Part shown: positions 8,945-18,865 of the stretch, piece by piece
Numbering within the stretch: position 1 is the stretch's first letter
How the letters are laid out: each line of letters starts with the position of its first letter
IMG/VR virus record: IMGVR_UViG_2703718829_000007
Coordinates: 1-24,127 of that record
Direction: 5' to 3' (one strand)
DNA: 24,127 nucleotides
Source: a virus
Taxonomy: Duplodnaviria > Heunggongvirae > Uroviricota > Caudoviricetes
Translations under genes and position numbers: made by a program
The notes under the pieces: generated by a model
What the model was told of the DNA's origin: nothing
Database searches by the model: none
What the model saw: only the letters and a program-made list of their open reading frames with translations

Positions 8945-9501
8945 AACTGACGCCTGTTATTGCTGCGCTGCGTGCCCGCTGCCCGTATTTTGAAAACCGG
9001 GTGGCAGGCGCGGCACAGTTCAAAAATCTGCCGGAGGTCGGAAAGCTGAGACTCCCGGCGGCGTATGTGGTACCGGGTGATGACTCTCCGGGAGAAAACA
9101 AAAGCCAGACCGACTACTGGCAGGAGCTGAAAGAGGGCTTCTCCGTGGTTGTCATACTGAGTAACGGGTGTGATGAGCGCGGTCAGTTTGCCTCGTATGA
9201 TGTGGTGGACGATGTCCGGCAGATGCTCTTTAAGGCCCTGCTGGGCTGGAACCCGGAAGCGTGCGGTAACCCGATTACCTATGACGGCGGCACGCTGCTG
9301 GATCTGAATCGTCATGAGCTGATTTATCAGTTCGATTTTTCGGCCATCAGCGAGCTGACCGAAGACGATACCCGCCAGCAGGATGAGCTGAACAGTCTGG
9401 ATGAACTGCGAACGCTGGCGATTGATGTTGATTATCTCGATCCCGGTAACGGCCCTGACGGCGATATCGAACATCACACCGAAATAACCCTTCCTTCCTG
9501 A
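8941..9501 (+). CDS. tail completion / neck protein (Mu gp37-like)
   Basis: 186 aa immediately upstream of the sheath gene; acidic C-terminus. Placement matches Mu-like tail modules. Confidence 0.55.
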   Translation: MKLTPVIAALRARCPYFENRVAGAAQFKNLPEVGKLRLPAAYVVPGDDSPGENKSQTDYWQELKEGFSVVVILSNGCDERGQFASYDVVDDVRQMLFKALLGWNPEACGNPITYDGGTLLDLNRHELIYQFDFSAISELTEDDTRQQDELNSLDELRTLAIDVDYLDPGNGPDGDIEHHTEITLPS

Positions 9502-9509
9502 GAATCTTC

Positions 9510-9680
9510 ATGTTTGTGAAACCTGTTAAAGGGCGGTCAGTGCCTGACCCTGCCCGCGGTGACCTTTTGCCCACCGAAGGGCGAAATGTTGACGAGAACA
9601 ACTACTGGCTGCGCCGTGAAGCAGCGGGTGATATCCGGCGCGTGAATAAAAAGGTGAACACCGATGACGATAAGCTTTAA
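9510..9680 (+). CDS. small conserved tail-module protein (DUF2635-like)
   Basis: 56-aa ORF not in the track because it is under 60 aa (MFVKPVKGRSVPDPARGDLLPTEGRNVDENNYWLRREAAGDIRRVNKKVNTDDDKL). Its 3' end overlaps the sheath start; a protein of this type commonly precedes Mu-like sheath genes. Confidence 0.5.
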   Translation: MFVKPVKGRSVPDPARGDLLPTEGRNVDENNYWLRREAAGDIRRVNKKVNTDDDKL

Positions 9681-11160
9681 CACCATTCCGTCGAATACGC
9701 TGGTTCCGCTGTTTTATGCGGAAATGGATAACCAGGCTGCGAATACTGCACAGGACAGCGGAGCATCGCTGCTGATTGGTCATGCCAATAACGGTGCAGA
9801 GATTGTTGCCAACAGTCTGGTGCTGATGCCGTCGGCAGACTATGCACGCCAGATTTGTGGTGCGGGAAGTCAGCTGGCGCGTATGGTCGAGGCTTATCGC
9901 CAGACCGACCCGTTTGGTGAGCTGTATGTGATTGCCGTTCCGGAAGCCACAGGCGCGGCGGCAACGGTTACGCTGACGGTGACCGGGGAAGCAACCGAAA
10001 GCGGCACGGTGAATGTCTATGTGGGACGTACCCGCGTGCAGGCACCGGTGACCAACGGCGATAACGTTGCGACGATTGCCAGCAGTATCCAGGATGCCAT
10101 CAATGCCGTTCCGGCCCTGCCGTTTACTGCCTCATCTTCGGCAGGCGTGGTCACACTGACCGCGCGTCATAAGGGGCTTTGCGGGAATGAAATTCCTGTC
10201 AGCCTCAATTACTACGGCTTTGGTGGGGGCGAAGTGCTGCCAGCGGGCGTACAGATTGCCGTGGCGACGGGTACCGCCGGAACGGGCGCTCCTGTTCTCA
10301 CCGGCGCGGTGGCTGCAATGGCGGATGAGCCGTTTGATTATATCGGCCTGCCGTTCAACGACACGGCCTCCGTTAACACGCTGGTGACCGAGATGAACGA
10401 TACCAGCGGTCGCTGGAGCTATGCGCGTCAGCTGTATGGTCATGTGTATACGGCAAAGATCGGCACGCTGTCAGAACTGGTGACCGCAGGTGACCAGTTT
10501 AACCAGCAGCACATTACCCTGGCGGGATACGAAAAAGAGACCCAGACGCCTGCCGACGAGCTGGCGGCAAGCCGTACCGCCCGCGCAGCGGTGTTTATCC
10601 GCAACGATCCGGCACGTCCCACGCAGACCGGTGAGCTGGTGGGTATGCTGCCTGCGCCGAAGGGGAAACGGTTCACGATGACCGAACAACAGACCCTGCT
10701 GGCTCATGGCGTGGCAACGGCGTATGTCGAAAGCGGGGTGCTGCGCATTCAGCGTGATGTCACCACGTACAGGAAAAACGCTTACGGTGTTGCGGATAAC
10801 AGCTACCTCGACAGCGAGACGCTGCATACCAGCGCGTATGTGCTGCGCAAACTGAAATCCGTCATTACCAGTAAGTACGGGCGTCACAAGCTTGCCAGCG
10901 ACGGTACCCGCTTTGGTCCCGGTCAGGCGATTGTCACACCGGCGGTGATCAAAGGGGAACTGCTGGCAACCTACCGTCAGCTTGAGCGTGCGGGGATCGT
11001 GGAAAACTACGAACTGTTTAAGCAGTACCTGGTTGTGGAGCGTGATGCCAGCGATCCGAACCGCCTGAACACGCTGTTCCCGCCTGACTATGTTAACCAG
11101 TTGCGTGTCTTTGCCGTGGTTAACCAGTTCCGTCTTCAGTATTCAGAGGAGTCTGCATAA
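9664..11160 (+). CDS. contractile tail sheath protein
   Basis: 498 aa, followed directly by a tube gene, chaperone pair and tape measure; sequence character fits Mu L-type sheath proteins. Confidence 0.9.
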   Translation: MTISFNTIPSNTLVPLFYAEMDNQAANTAQDSGASLLIGHANNGAEIVANSLVLMPSADYARQICGAGSQLARMVEAYRQTDPFGELYVIAVPEATGAAATVTLTVTGEATESGTVNVYVGRTRVQAPVTNGDNVATIASSIQDAINAVPALPFTASSSAGVVTLTARHKGLCGNEIPVSLNYYGFGGGEVLPAGVQIAVATGTAGTGAPVLTGAVAAMADEPFDYIGLPFNDTASVNTLVTEMNDTSGRWSYARQLYGHVYTAKIGTLSELVTAGDQFNQQHITLAGYEKETQTPADELAASRTARAAVFIRNDPARPTQTGELVGMLPAPKGKRFTMTEQQTLLAHGVATAYVESGVLRIQRDVTTYRKNAYGVADNSYLDSETLHTSAYVLRKLKSVITSKYGRHKLASDGTRFGPGQAIVTPAVIKGELLATYRQLERAGIVENYELFKQYLVVERDASDPNRLNTLFPPDYVNQLRVFAVVNQFRLQYSEESA

Positions 11161-11516
11161 TGGCCCGTATCGGGGGAACCTGTTATTTCAAAATTGACGG
11201 TCAACAGCTATCGCTGACCGGCGGCATTGAGGTGCCCATGAACAGGACGGTCAATGATGACATCATCGGCCTGGACGGTTCAGTGGACCGCAAGGAAACT
11301 CACCGTGCGCCTTATGTCAAAGGGACTTTCAAGGTGCCGAAGAATTTTCCGGTGAACAAAATCACCTCGTCTGATGAGATGACTATCACTGCCGAGCTGG
11401 CGAACGGTCAGGTCTATGTACTGTCGTCTGCCTGGCTGCACGGCGAAGCGAACCATAATGCCGAAGAAGGCACGGTTGATCTTGAGTTCCACGGTGAAGA
11501 AGGGGATTACCAGTAA
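11160..11516 (+). CDS. tail tube protein
   Basis: 118 aa, ATG overlaps the sheath stop (TAATG), strong AGGAG SD; size and position match a tail tube. Confidence 0.85.
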   Translation: MARIGGTCYFKIDGQQLSLTGGIEVPMNRTVNDDIIGLDGSVDRKETHRAPYVKGTFKVPKNFPVNKITSSDEMTITAELANGQVYVLSSAWLHGEANHNAEEGTVDLEFHGEEGDYQ

Positions 11517-11785
11517 TGAAAGAGCTTGAGTTAAAGAAACCGATTACTGCTCATGGCGAGACACTCTCCGTACTGGAGTTTGATGAGCCCACCGGGAAGG
11601 ATGTCCGCGAGCTGGGGTATCCCTACCAGATGAATCAGGATGAGTCAGTCAAACTTCTGGCGCATGTGGTGTCGAAATACATTGTGCGGCTGGCGAAAGT
11701 GCCGCAAAGCTCTGTCGACCAGATGTCTCCGGCAGACCTGAATGCAGCGGCGTGGCTTGTGGCTGGTTTTTTCCTCCAGGCCTGA
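11516..11785 (+). CDS. tail assembly chaperone (G-type)
   Basis: 89-aa ORF between tube and tape measure, ending just past a TTTTTTC slippery site. Confidence 0.75.
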   Translation: MKELELKKPITAHGETLSVLEFDEPTGKDVRELGYPYQMNQDESVKLLAHVVSKYIVRLAKVPQSSVDQMSPADLNAAAWLVAGFFLQA

Positions 11786-11934
11786 CGGCTGAATACCTCA
11801 CTGATCGCTTCTTTGACTGCGCCAGCTACTGGCGCATTAATCCTTTCGAATTGCTGAATATGCCGATCAGTGAAATTCCCTTACTGGTCAGTCAGGCAAA
11901 CAGGATAGAGCAGGAGAAACGCACACATGGCTGA
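11516..11934 (+). CDS. tail assembly chaperone, -1 frameshift fusion product (GT-type)
   Basis: The -1 frame ORF (11752..11934) overlaps the 3' end of the chaperone gene. A shift at T_TTT_TTC (11767-11773) would fuse it to give a longer product ending 8 bp after the tape-measure start. Confidence 0.55.
11767..11773 (+). promoter_or_regulatory. programmed -1 ribosomal frameshift slippery heptamer (TTTTTTC)
   Basis: The X_XXY_YYZ heptamer T_TTT_TTC sits in the zero frame of the chaperone ORF (codons GGT TTT TTC), 12 nt before its stop, with the -1 frame open downstream. Confidence 0.55.
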
Positions 11935-13759
11935 ATTTGAGCTTAAGGCGTTGATCACCGGTGTCGACAGGCTTTCTCCCGCGCTGTCGAAAATGCAAAA
12001 GAAAATCCGGGGATTTAAACGCCAGGCGGAAGAAGCGTCACAGGGTGGGCTGGCGCTTGGGGGCGGACTGGCAGCGGGTCTGACGCTTTCCCTGAAATCT
12101 TATGCCGATCAGGAAAACGCCGCCACCGGGCTGAAAGTCGCCATGATGGATGCGAACGGCGAGGTTGGAAAGAGCTTTCAGGACATCAATAAACTGGCTA
12201 TTGGCCTGGGTAACCAGCTACCCGGTACAACGGCTGATTTCCAGAACATGATGCAGATGCTGGTGCGTCAGGGGATCCCGGCAGAAAACATTCTGGGTGG
12301 TGTGGGTAAAGCGACAGCTTATCTTGCGGTACAACTGAAAAAAACACCGGAAGCGGCTGCCGAGTTTGCTGCAAAGATGCAGGATGCTACCGGAACGGCG
12401 TCAGAAGACATGATGGGGCTGTTCGACACTATCCAGAAGGCGTTTTATCTGGGCGTTGACGATACCAACATGTTGTCCTTCTTCACTAAAACCAGTTCTG
12501 TTCTGAAGATGGTGAACAAGGACGGTCTTCAGGCTGCACAGAGCCTTGCCCCCATCAGCGTCATGATGGATCAGATGGGGATGAACGGGGAGTCGGCAGG
12601 TAATGCCCTGCGAAAAGTTATCCAGTCCGGATTAAGTGTTAAGAAAATCAGGGACGTCAATAAAGTCATGGCCCGCCAGAAACTCGGGGTACAGCTCGAT
12701 TTTACTGACGGCAAAGGAAGTTTTGGCGGTCTTGATAACATGTTCAGGCAACTGGCAAAGTTGCGAAAACTGACCGACGTTAAGCGAACCGGTGTACTTA
12801 AGGCAATATTTGGTGATGATGCCGAAACCCTTCAGGTGGTCAATGCCCTGATCGATAAAGGAAAGGATGGCTACGATCAGATCCAGCAGAAGATGAATAA
12901 ACAGGCCAGCCTGAATAAACGTGTTCAGGCTCAGCTTGGTACGCTGTCCAACCTGTGGGAGGCAATGACGGGGACCGCAACTAACGGTCTTGCAGCTATT
13001 GGCGGCGCATTTTCTGGTGACGCTAAAAATATCACGCAATGGCTGGGGGAGTTGGGGGAAAAATTCACGAAGTTTGCGGATGAAAATCCCCGGGTTATTC
13101 GCGGCGTCGTCGGGCTTGCTGCCGGTCTTGCGATTCTGAAACTGGGATTGATGGGCGTTGGCGGTGCCATCAGTATTGTCAGCAGGATCATGTCGATGAC
13201 GCCGATTGGCATGATTGCGACGGCGATAGCCCTGGCTGCGGGATTAATTATCACTAACTGGGATGTTGTCGGACCTTATTTTAAGAAACTCTGGGAAACC
13301 ATTGGTCCTTATTTTGAGACTGGCTGGGAACTTCTTAAGAAGGTTTTTGCCTGGTCGCCGCTGGGGATGGTGATCAATAACTGGGGACCGGTTGTTAAGT
13401 GGTTTCAGGATATGTGGGACAAGCTGAAGCCAATTATTGAGTGGTTTACCGACAGTTCCGGTGACACGGTCGATGCCATTAACTCTGCGCAGTGGGGCGC
13501 GGGTGCTTATGATGCTTATGGGACGGGAATACCGGCGCGGGGATACACACCTTATCCGGCGGTGGATCCGGCTCAGGCAAACAACGCCTCCGGTGCCACA
13601 GGCCCGAATCCCTTCATGATTAATAAAGCTACCGCGCCAAAAGTTGATGGTGAGATCAAGGTATCATTTATAAATATGCCATCAGGTATGCGGGTTACGG
13701 AAACACGCTCCAGTGGCATTGATATAAATCACGATGTTGGCTATACCCGATTTTGGTAG
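11927..13759 (+). CDS. tail tape measure protein
   Basis: 610 aa, alpha-helical and Ala/Gly/Leu-rich, with a hydrophobic segment (VIRGVVGLAAGLAILKLGLMGVGGAISIV...); lies after the chaperone pair. Confidence 0.9.
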   Translation: MAEFELKALITGVDRLSPALSKMQKKIRGFKRQAEEASQGGLALGGGLAAGLTLSLKSYADQENAATGLKVAMMDANGEVGKSFQDINKLAIGLGNQLPGTTADFQNMMQMLVRQGIPAENILGGVGKATAYLAVQLKKTPEAAAEFAAKMQDATGTASEDMMGLFDTIQKAFYLGVDDTNMLSFFTKTSSVLKMVNKDGLQAAQSLAPISVMMDQMGMNGESAGNALRKVIQSGLSVKKIRDVNKVMARQKLGVQLDFTDGKGSFGGLDNMFRQLAKLRKLTDVKRTGVLKAIFGDDAETLQVVNALIDKGKDGYDQIQQKMNKQASLNKRVQAQLGTLSNLWEAMTGTATNGLAAIGGAFSGDAKNITQWLGELGEKFTKFADENPRVIRGVVGLAAGLAILKLGLMGVGGAISIVSRIMSMTPIGMIATAIALAAGLIITNWDVVGPYFKKLWETIGPYFETGWELLKKVFAWSPLGMVINNWGPVVKWFQDMWDKLKPIIEWFTDSSGDTVDAINSAQWGAGAYDAYGTGIPARGYTPYPAVDPAQANNASGATGPNPFMINKATAPKVDGEIKVSFINMPSGMRVTETRSSGIDINHDVGYTRFW

Positions 13760-13787
13760 CCAGGATTCCCCTCACAGGTATTGCTGG

Positions 13788-13815
13788 TTGTAAGTCATAA
13801 ATAGAGTGATAGAAT
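13788..13815 (+). promoter_or_regulatory. candidate sigma70 promoter for the AT-rich tail-module gene
   Basis: TTGTAA (13788-13793), 16-bp spacer, TAGAAT (13810-13815), about 35 bp upstream of ATG 13851. Read by eye, weak. Confidence 0.3.
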
Positions 13816-13850
13816 TAATGCACATTTAGAAAAATGTTAATAGGCGAAAA

Positions 13851-14381
13851 ATGAAAGGCTATATCACAGCAAGTGTAATTCTTGGAGCGGCGGCTATTTT
13901 TTCATCTCTCATAATCTCTGGCAACATCTCCTTTAAAGATGAACATATTATTCAGTTATCTGGAGGAGCCATAAAACTTGGTGATGTTTATAAAGAAAAT
14001 AAATTGATAAGTGCAAAGATTATTTTTCCAGATAATCAGGGTGAACAGATTCTTGTTGTCGACGGCAATCCTGAAAACTTTAAGGAGGATTTTCAGGAGA
14101 AATTAAATAAAGTAATAAAAACTTTAAATGCGTCAAAGAAAAAAGATGAAGAGAAAGTTAGCCTGGATAATTTAAGTGTTGTTGAAGAGTCTAAACTAGA
14201 GCTCGTTTCTGCGGTGCGTTACTCTGCTCAGTATGTTCCTATGTTTACTCTGACGCTGGACAAAAAAGAAATTACCATGCCTAAAAATACGGTAATATTT
14301 CCATTTGCCAGCGATGAAACAGCTAAGTATTTAAATGAACAACAGCAAAAGTATAAAGATTCGTTGTTTCTGACTCGCTAA
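13851..14381 (+). CDS. hypothetical exported or membrane-anchored protein (insertion in the tail module)
   Basis: 176 aa, visibly AT-rich and Lys/Asn/Ile-rich, unlike the flanking genes. N-terminal hydrophobic segment (ITASVILGAAAIFSSLIISG) with no lipobox Cys. Flanked by a promoter-like sequence upstream and a hairpin terminator downstream. Confidence 0.6.
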   Translation: MKGYITASVILGAAAIFSSLIISGNISFKDEHIIQLSGGAIKLGDVYKENKLISAKIIFPDNQGEQILVVDGNPENFKEDFQEKLNKVIKTLNASKKKDEEKVSLDNLSVVEESKLELVSAVRYSAQYVPMFTLTLDKKEITMPKNTVIFPFASDETAKYLNEQQQKYKDSLFLTR

Positions 14382-14398
14382 TTAATAAAATTCATTAC

Positions 14399-14432
14399 AA
14401 GGCCACCTTCTAATAGGTGGCTTTTTAATTTT
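14399..14432 (+). terminator. Rho-independent terminator after the AT-rich tail-module gene
   Basis: GCCACCT (14402-14408), loop TCTAAT, AGGTGGC (14415-14421), then TTTTTAATTTT. Confidence 0.6.
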
Positions 14433-14442
14433 CGGAGTATAT

Positions 14443-15771
14443 ATGACGTGGAAAGACAGGCTTCAGGATGCGTCATTTCGAGGTGTGCCGTTTAAGGTTG
14501 AAGAAGAAACTGCGGGAACTGGCCGTCGTGTGGAAACGCACGAATACCCGAACCGCGACAAACCCTATACCGAAGACCTGGGGAAAATCACTTTCCGCCC
14601 GTCCATCACGGCTTATGTGGTGGGAGATGACTGCTTTGACCAGCGCGATCGCCTGATTGACGCGCTGAATAAACCCGGTCCCGGCACGCTTGTCCATCCG
14701 ACTTACGGTGAGCTGAAAGTCTGTGTTGACGGAGAATTTCGGGTCAGCACATCGAAGAGTGAAGGGCGTATTGTCCGCTTTGACCTGAAGTTTGTCGAAG
14801 CGGGAGAACTCTCTTACCCCACATCAGGTGCGGCGACGGCGCAGACGCTGATGTCATCCTGTTCTGCACTGGATGACTGCATCAGTGACAGTTTCAGTAG
14901 TTTCAGTATCGATGGCGTGGCAGATTTTGTGCAGAACGATGTCGTCGGTAATGCCAGCACAATGCTTGGGTATGTTTCTGATGCGATGAAAGTGGTGGAT
15001 TCTGCCGTATCGGATGCCGCCAGGCTGTTGCAGGGGGATATCTCGGTACTTCTGCCGCCGCCATCGTCAGGCAAAAATTTCGTTGAGCAGGTGCAGAAAA
15101 TGTGGCGTACCGGGAAACGCCTTTATGGTAACGCCAGCGACCTGGTCACCATGATCAAAACGCTTTCCGGTGTCAGCCTCGGCAGCGATCTGCAACCGCG
15201 CGGCGTCTGGAAAACGGACAGTAAAACCACCGCCACGGCGACGCAGCAGCGTAACGTGGTTGCCAGCACCCTTCGTATGACCGCAATCAGCGAAGCGGCG
15301 TATGCCGTTACCCGATTGCCTGCGCCAACAACTTCTGCGGTGATGCAGAATGCCGCAGTGGGGCAGTCAACAACACCCGCGCAGAGCTCCGGCTGGCCTG
15401 CCGTCACGCATCCGGTGCTGAACAATGCACCGGCGGTGAAAAACACGGTTGACCTGCCAACGTGGGAAGAACTGACCGACATTCGCGACACACTGAATAT
15501 GGCAATTGATAAGGAGTTGTCCCGTACAACCAGTGATGCGCTGTTTCTGGCGCTGCGCCGGGTGAAAGCAGATCTGAATGCGGATATCAACACGCGCCTT
15601 GAACAGTCTGCTCGGATCATTCAGCGCACGCCGGATGAGGTTTTACCCGCGCTGGTGCTGGCGGCGACCTGGTTTGATAACGCGGCGCGTGACGCGGACA
15701 TTATCCGGCGTAATGCCATTACGCATCCCGGCTTTGTGCCGGTGATCCCTCTGAAGGTGCCAGTGCAATGA
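14443..15771 (+). CDS. DNA circularization protein (Mu N-like)
   Basis: 442 aa; N-terminus MTWKDRLQDASFRGVPFKVEEETAGTGRRVETHEYPNRDKPYTEDLG is characteristic of Mu N-type DNA circulation proteins; lies after the tape measure. Confidence 0.8.
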   Translation: MTWKDRLQDASFRGVPFKVEEETAGTGRRVETHEYPNRDKPYTEDLGKITFRPSITAYVVGDDCFDQRDRLIDALNKPGPGTLVHPTYGELKVCVDGEFRVSTSKSEGRIVRFDLKFVEAGELSYPTSGAATAQTLMSSCSALDDCISDSFSSFSIDGVADFVQNDVVGNASTMLGYVSDAMKVVDSAVSDAARLLQGDISVLLPPPSSGKNFVEQVQKMWRTGKRLYGNASDLVTMIKTLSGVSLGSDLQPRGVWKTDSKTTATATQQRNVVASTLRMTAISEAAYAVTRLPAPTTSAVMQNAAVGQSTTPAQSSGWPAVTHPVLNNAPAVKNTVDLPTWEELTDIRDTLNMAIDKELSRTTSDALFLALRRVKADLNADINTRLEQSARIIQRTPDEVLPALVLAATWFDNAARDADIIRRNAITHPGFVPVIPLKVPVQ

Positions 15772-16847
15772 ACGACAATGTCACGCTACGGGTAAATGGC
15801 CGGGAGTGGAATGGCTGGACATCGGTGCGCATCGGTGCCGGTATTGAACGGCTGGCGCGGGATTTCAGCGTGGAGATCACCCGCCAGTGGCCGGGAGATG
15901 AGGGTATCACCACGCTTCAGCCGCGCATTAAAAATGGTTCAAAAGTGGAAGTGCTGATTGGTGATGAGCTGGTGATCACCGGCTGGGTGGAGGCGACCCC
16001 CGTTCGTTACGATGCCCGTTCGGTCAGCACCGGTATTGCCGGACGTAGTCTGACTGCTGACCTGATTGACTGTGCAGCCGAACCGACACAGTTTAACGGA
16101 CGATCGCTGGTACAGATTGCGCAGGCGCTTGCTGCGCCTTTCGGCATTGAGGTGGTGAACAACGGTGCGCAGTCGGGTGTTATTCCTGACGTCCAGCCCG
16201 ATCACGGTGAAACGGTGATTGAGGTAATCAACAAAATACTCGGTCAGCGGCAGGCACTGGCTTACGACGACCCGCACGGCAGGCTGGTGATTGGTGGTAT
16301 TGGCTCAACGCGGGCACATACTGCGCTGGTACTCGGGGAAAACATCCTTTCCTGCGATACGGAGAAGAGTATCCGGGAGCGGTTTTCAGTTTACCAGGTG
16401 GCGGGGCAGCGTGCCGGAAACGACGATGATTTCGGTGAGGCCACCACCACCGCGCTGCGGGCCCGCACAGAGGACGCATTTATTGCCCGTTACCGTCCGA
16501 TGTATATCAGGCAGACAGGGCAGGCTACGGGGGCAGGCTGTATTGCCCGTGCGGACTTTGAAGCCCGACAACGGGCGGCGCGGACGGATGAAACCACCTA
16601 TGTGGTGCAGGGCTGGCGACAGGGTAACGGTACGCTGTGGCAGCCCAACCAGCGGGTGATTGTCTTTGATCCGGTCTGTGGTTTCGACAATACCGAACTG
16701 CTTGTTTCGGAAGTCACGTTTACTCAGGACCAGAACGGCACCCTGACGGAAATCCGTGTCGGCCCGCCTGATGCTTATCTGCCTGAACCCGAAGCCCCCG
16801 GCGCGCGGAAAAAGAAAAAAGCCAGAGTACAGGAGGACCCGTTCTGA
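15768..16847 (+). CDS. baseplate hub protein (Mu P / gpD-like)
   Basis: 359 aa, translationally coupled to the upstream gene; position and size match Mu gene P. Confidence 0.72.
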   Translation: MNDNVTLRVNGREWNGWTSVRIGAGIERLARDFSVEITRQWPGDEGITTLQPRIKNGSKVEVLIGDELVITGWVEATPVRYDARSVSTGIAGRSLTADLIDCAAEPTQFNGRSLVQIAQALAAPFGIEVVNNGAQSGVIPDVQPDHGETVIEVINKILGQRQALAYDDPHGRLVIGGIGSTRAHTALVLGENILSCDTEKSIRERFSVYQVAGQRAGNDDDFGEATTTALRARTEDAFIARYRPMYIRQTGQATGAGCIARADFEARQRAARTDETTYVVQGWRQGNGTLWQPNQRVIVFDPVCGFDNTELLVSEVTFTQDQNGTLTEIRVGPPDAYLPEPEAPGARKKKKARVQEDPF

Positions 16848-17395
16848 TGAGGACGATTGAAGCCATGCAGCGACAACTCCTCGGCCTGATTGGGCGGGCC
16901 GTGGTGAAAAGCATCAGTGCCGCCACGAAATGTCAGACCGTGGATGTGTTCCTGATTGCCGGTGAACCCAAAGCCGGGGTTGAACATCTTGAACCCTACG
17001 GTTTTACCGCAAGGGCAAACAGCGGTGCGGAAGCGGTGGTGTTGTTTCCGGATGGCGACCGTTCTCATGCGGTGGTTGTTACGGTGTCGGACCGTCGCTA
17101 CCGCCTGAAAGGGCTGCAGACGGGTGAGGTGGCTGTCTATGACGATCAGGGGCAGTCCGTGACGCTGACCCGGGAGGGGATCGTGGTGGACGGTGCAGGT
17201 AAAACGATCACGTTTCGCAATGCACCTGAAGCACGTTTTGAAATGGACCTGGAAGTGACAGGACAGGTGAAAGACCTGTGCGACTCCGGCGGCACCACCA
17301 TGTCAGCGATGCGGCTTGCCTATAACGGGCATAGTCACAGAGAGAACGGTCAGGGCAGTAACACCGACAAACCGGATAAAGCGATGGAGGCATGA
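16847..17395 (+). CDS. baseplate spike / assembly protein V-like
   Basis: 182 aa, coupled (ATGA overlap); C-terminal region with an HSH motif; position matches the gpV-like spike of Mu-like baseplates. Confidence 0.75.
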   Translation: MRTIEAMQRQLLGLIGRAVVKSISAATKCQTVDVFLIAGEPKAGVEHLEPYGFTARANSGAEAVVLFPDGDRSHAVVVTVSDRRYRLKGLQTGEVAVYDDQGQSVTLTREGIVVDGAGKTITFRNAPEARFEMDLEVTGQVKDLCDSGGTTMSAMRLAYNGHSHRENGQGSNTDKPDKAMEA

Positions 17396-17820
17396 TGGAA
17401 CTGTGGCTGACGGTGAACGGTAAACGCACCTGCGCCAGCGCACCGCTGGATCCGCTGACCCGCGCCGTGGTGATTTCCCTGTTTACCTGGCGGCGGGCGG
17501 AGCCTGATGACAACGCCGACGTCCCGATGGGATGGTGGGGGGATACCTGGCCTGCGGTACAGAATGACCGTTACGGCTCCCGACTGTGGCTGCTTCAGCG
17601 CAGCAAACTGACCAATCAGCTGGTGCAGACGGTAAGGGGGTATATCCGCGAATGCCTGCAATGGATGATTGATGATGGCGTGGTGTCCCGTATTGATCTG
17701 GATATCCGCCGCACCGGGATTAATGAACTGGGTAACAGTATCACTCTCTGGCGTCGTGACGGACCGGTAATGATTTCTTTTGATGATCTGTGGAGTGCGA
17801 TAACGCATGGCGGACAGTGA
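17392..17820 (+). CDS. baseplate wedge protein (Mu gp46 / GPW-gp25-like)
   Basis: 142 aa between the spike and the J-like protein; coupled start. Confidence 0.65.
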   Translation: MMELWLTVNGKRTCASAPLDPLTRAVVISLFTWRRAEPDDNADVPMGWWGDTWPAVQNDRYGSRLWLLQRSKLTNQLVQTVRGYIRECLQWMIDDGVVSRIDLDIRRTGINELGNSITLWRRDGPVMISFDDLWSAITHGGQ

Positions 17821-18865
17821 ATTTCAGCGCCCGACGCTGGCAGAAAATATCAGTATGCTCCGTAACGATTTATTCGCCAGGCTGGACGTCAGCGACACGC
17901 TCCGGCGCATGGATGAAGACGTGCGGGCAAAGGTGTATGCGGCGGCGCTGCATACGGTTTACGGGTACATCGATTATCTGGCAATGAACATGCTGCCTGA
18001 CCTGTGCGATGAGTCCTGGCTGGCGCGACATGCTGCGATGAAACGGTGTCCGCGCAAGGGGGCCACGGCTGCCAGCGGGTATATGCGCTGGGAAGGTGTC
18101 AGCGATGGCCTGAAGGTGACCGCCGGGAGTGTTATTCAGCGCGATGACCTGGTTCAGTACACGGCAACTGCTGATGCAACCAGCTCCGGTGGTGTCCTGC
18201 GCGTGCCGATCACCTGCTCAACTACAGGCGTGGTCGGTAACGCTGACGACGGTACGGCATTAATCCTGGTCACGCCGGTGAATGGTCTGCCGTCTTCCGG
18301 CGTGGCAGATACACTGACAGGTGGATTTGATACTGAAGAGCTGGAAACGTGGCGCGCCCGCGTCATTGAGCGGTATTACTGGACGCCTCAGGGCGGGGCT
18401 GACGGGGACTATGTCGTCTGGGCTAAAGAAGTACCCGGCATTACCCGCGCATGGACATACCGACACTGGATGGGAACGGGGACTGTCGGTGTGATGATTG
18501 CCAGCAGTGACCTGATTAATCCCATTCCGGAAGAGTCAACGGAAACGGCGGCAAGACAACATATCGGGCCACTGGCCCCGGTGGCAGGCTCTGATTTGTA
18601 TGTATTCAGGCCGGTGGCGCATAAAGTGGATTTTCATATCCGCGTGACGCCGGACACACCGGAAATACGGGCTGCCATCACCGCCGAGTTGCGTTCGTTC
18701 CTGCTGCGTGATGGTTATCCGCAGGGAGAACTGAAGGTGTCACGTATCAGTGAAGCGATTTCCGGTACGAACGGGGAATACAGCCATCAGTTGCTTGCCC
18801 CGGCGGACAATATCTCCATTGCAAAAAATGAGCTGGCGGTTCTGGGGACGATTTCATGGACGTGA
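17807..18865 (+). CDS. baseplate J-like protein
   Basis: 352 aa; position and size match Mu gp47 / Baseplate_J family. Confidence 0.8.
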   Translation: MADSEFQRPTLAENISMLRNDLFARLDVSDTLRRMDEDVRAKVYAAALHTVYGYIDYLAMNMLPDLCDESWLARHAAMKRCPRKGATAASGYMRWEGVSDGLKVTAGSVIQRDDLVQYTATADATSSGGVLRVPITCSTTGVVGNADDGTALILVTPVNGLPSSGVADTLTGGFDTEELETWRARVIERYYWTPQGGADGDYVVWAKEVPGITRAWTYRHWMGTGTVGVMIASSDLINPIPEESTETAARQHIGPLAPVAGSDLYVFRPVAHKVDFHIRVTPDTPEIRAAITAELRSFLLRDGYPQGELKVSRISEAISGTNGEYSHQLLAPADNISIAKNELAVLGTISWT

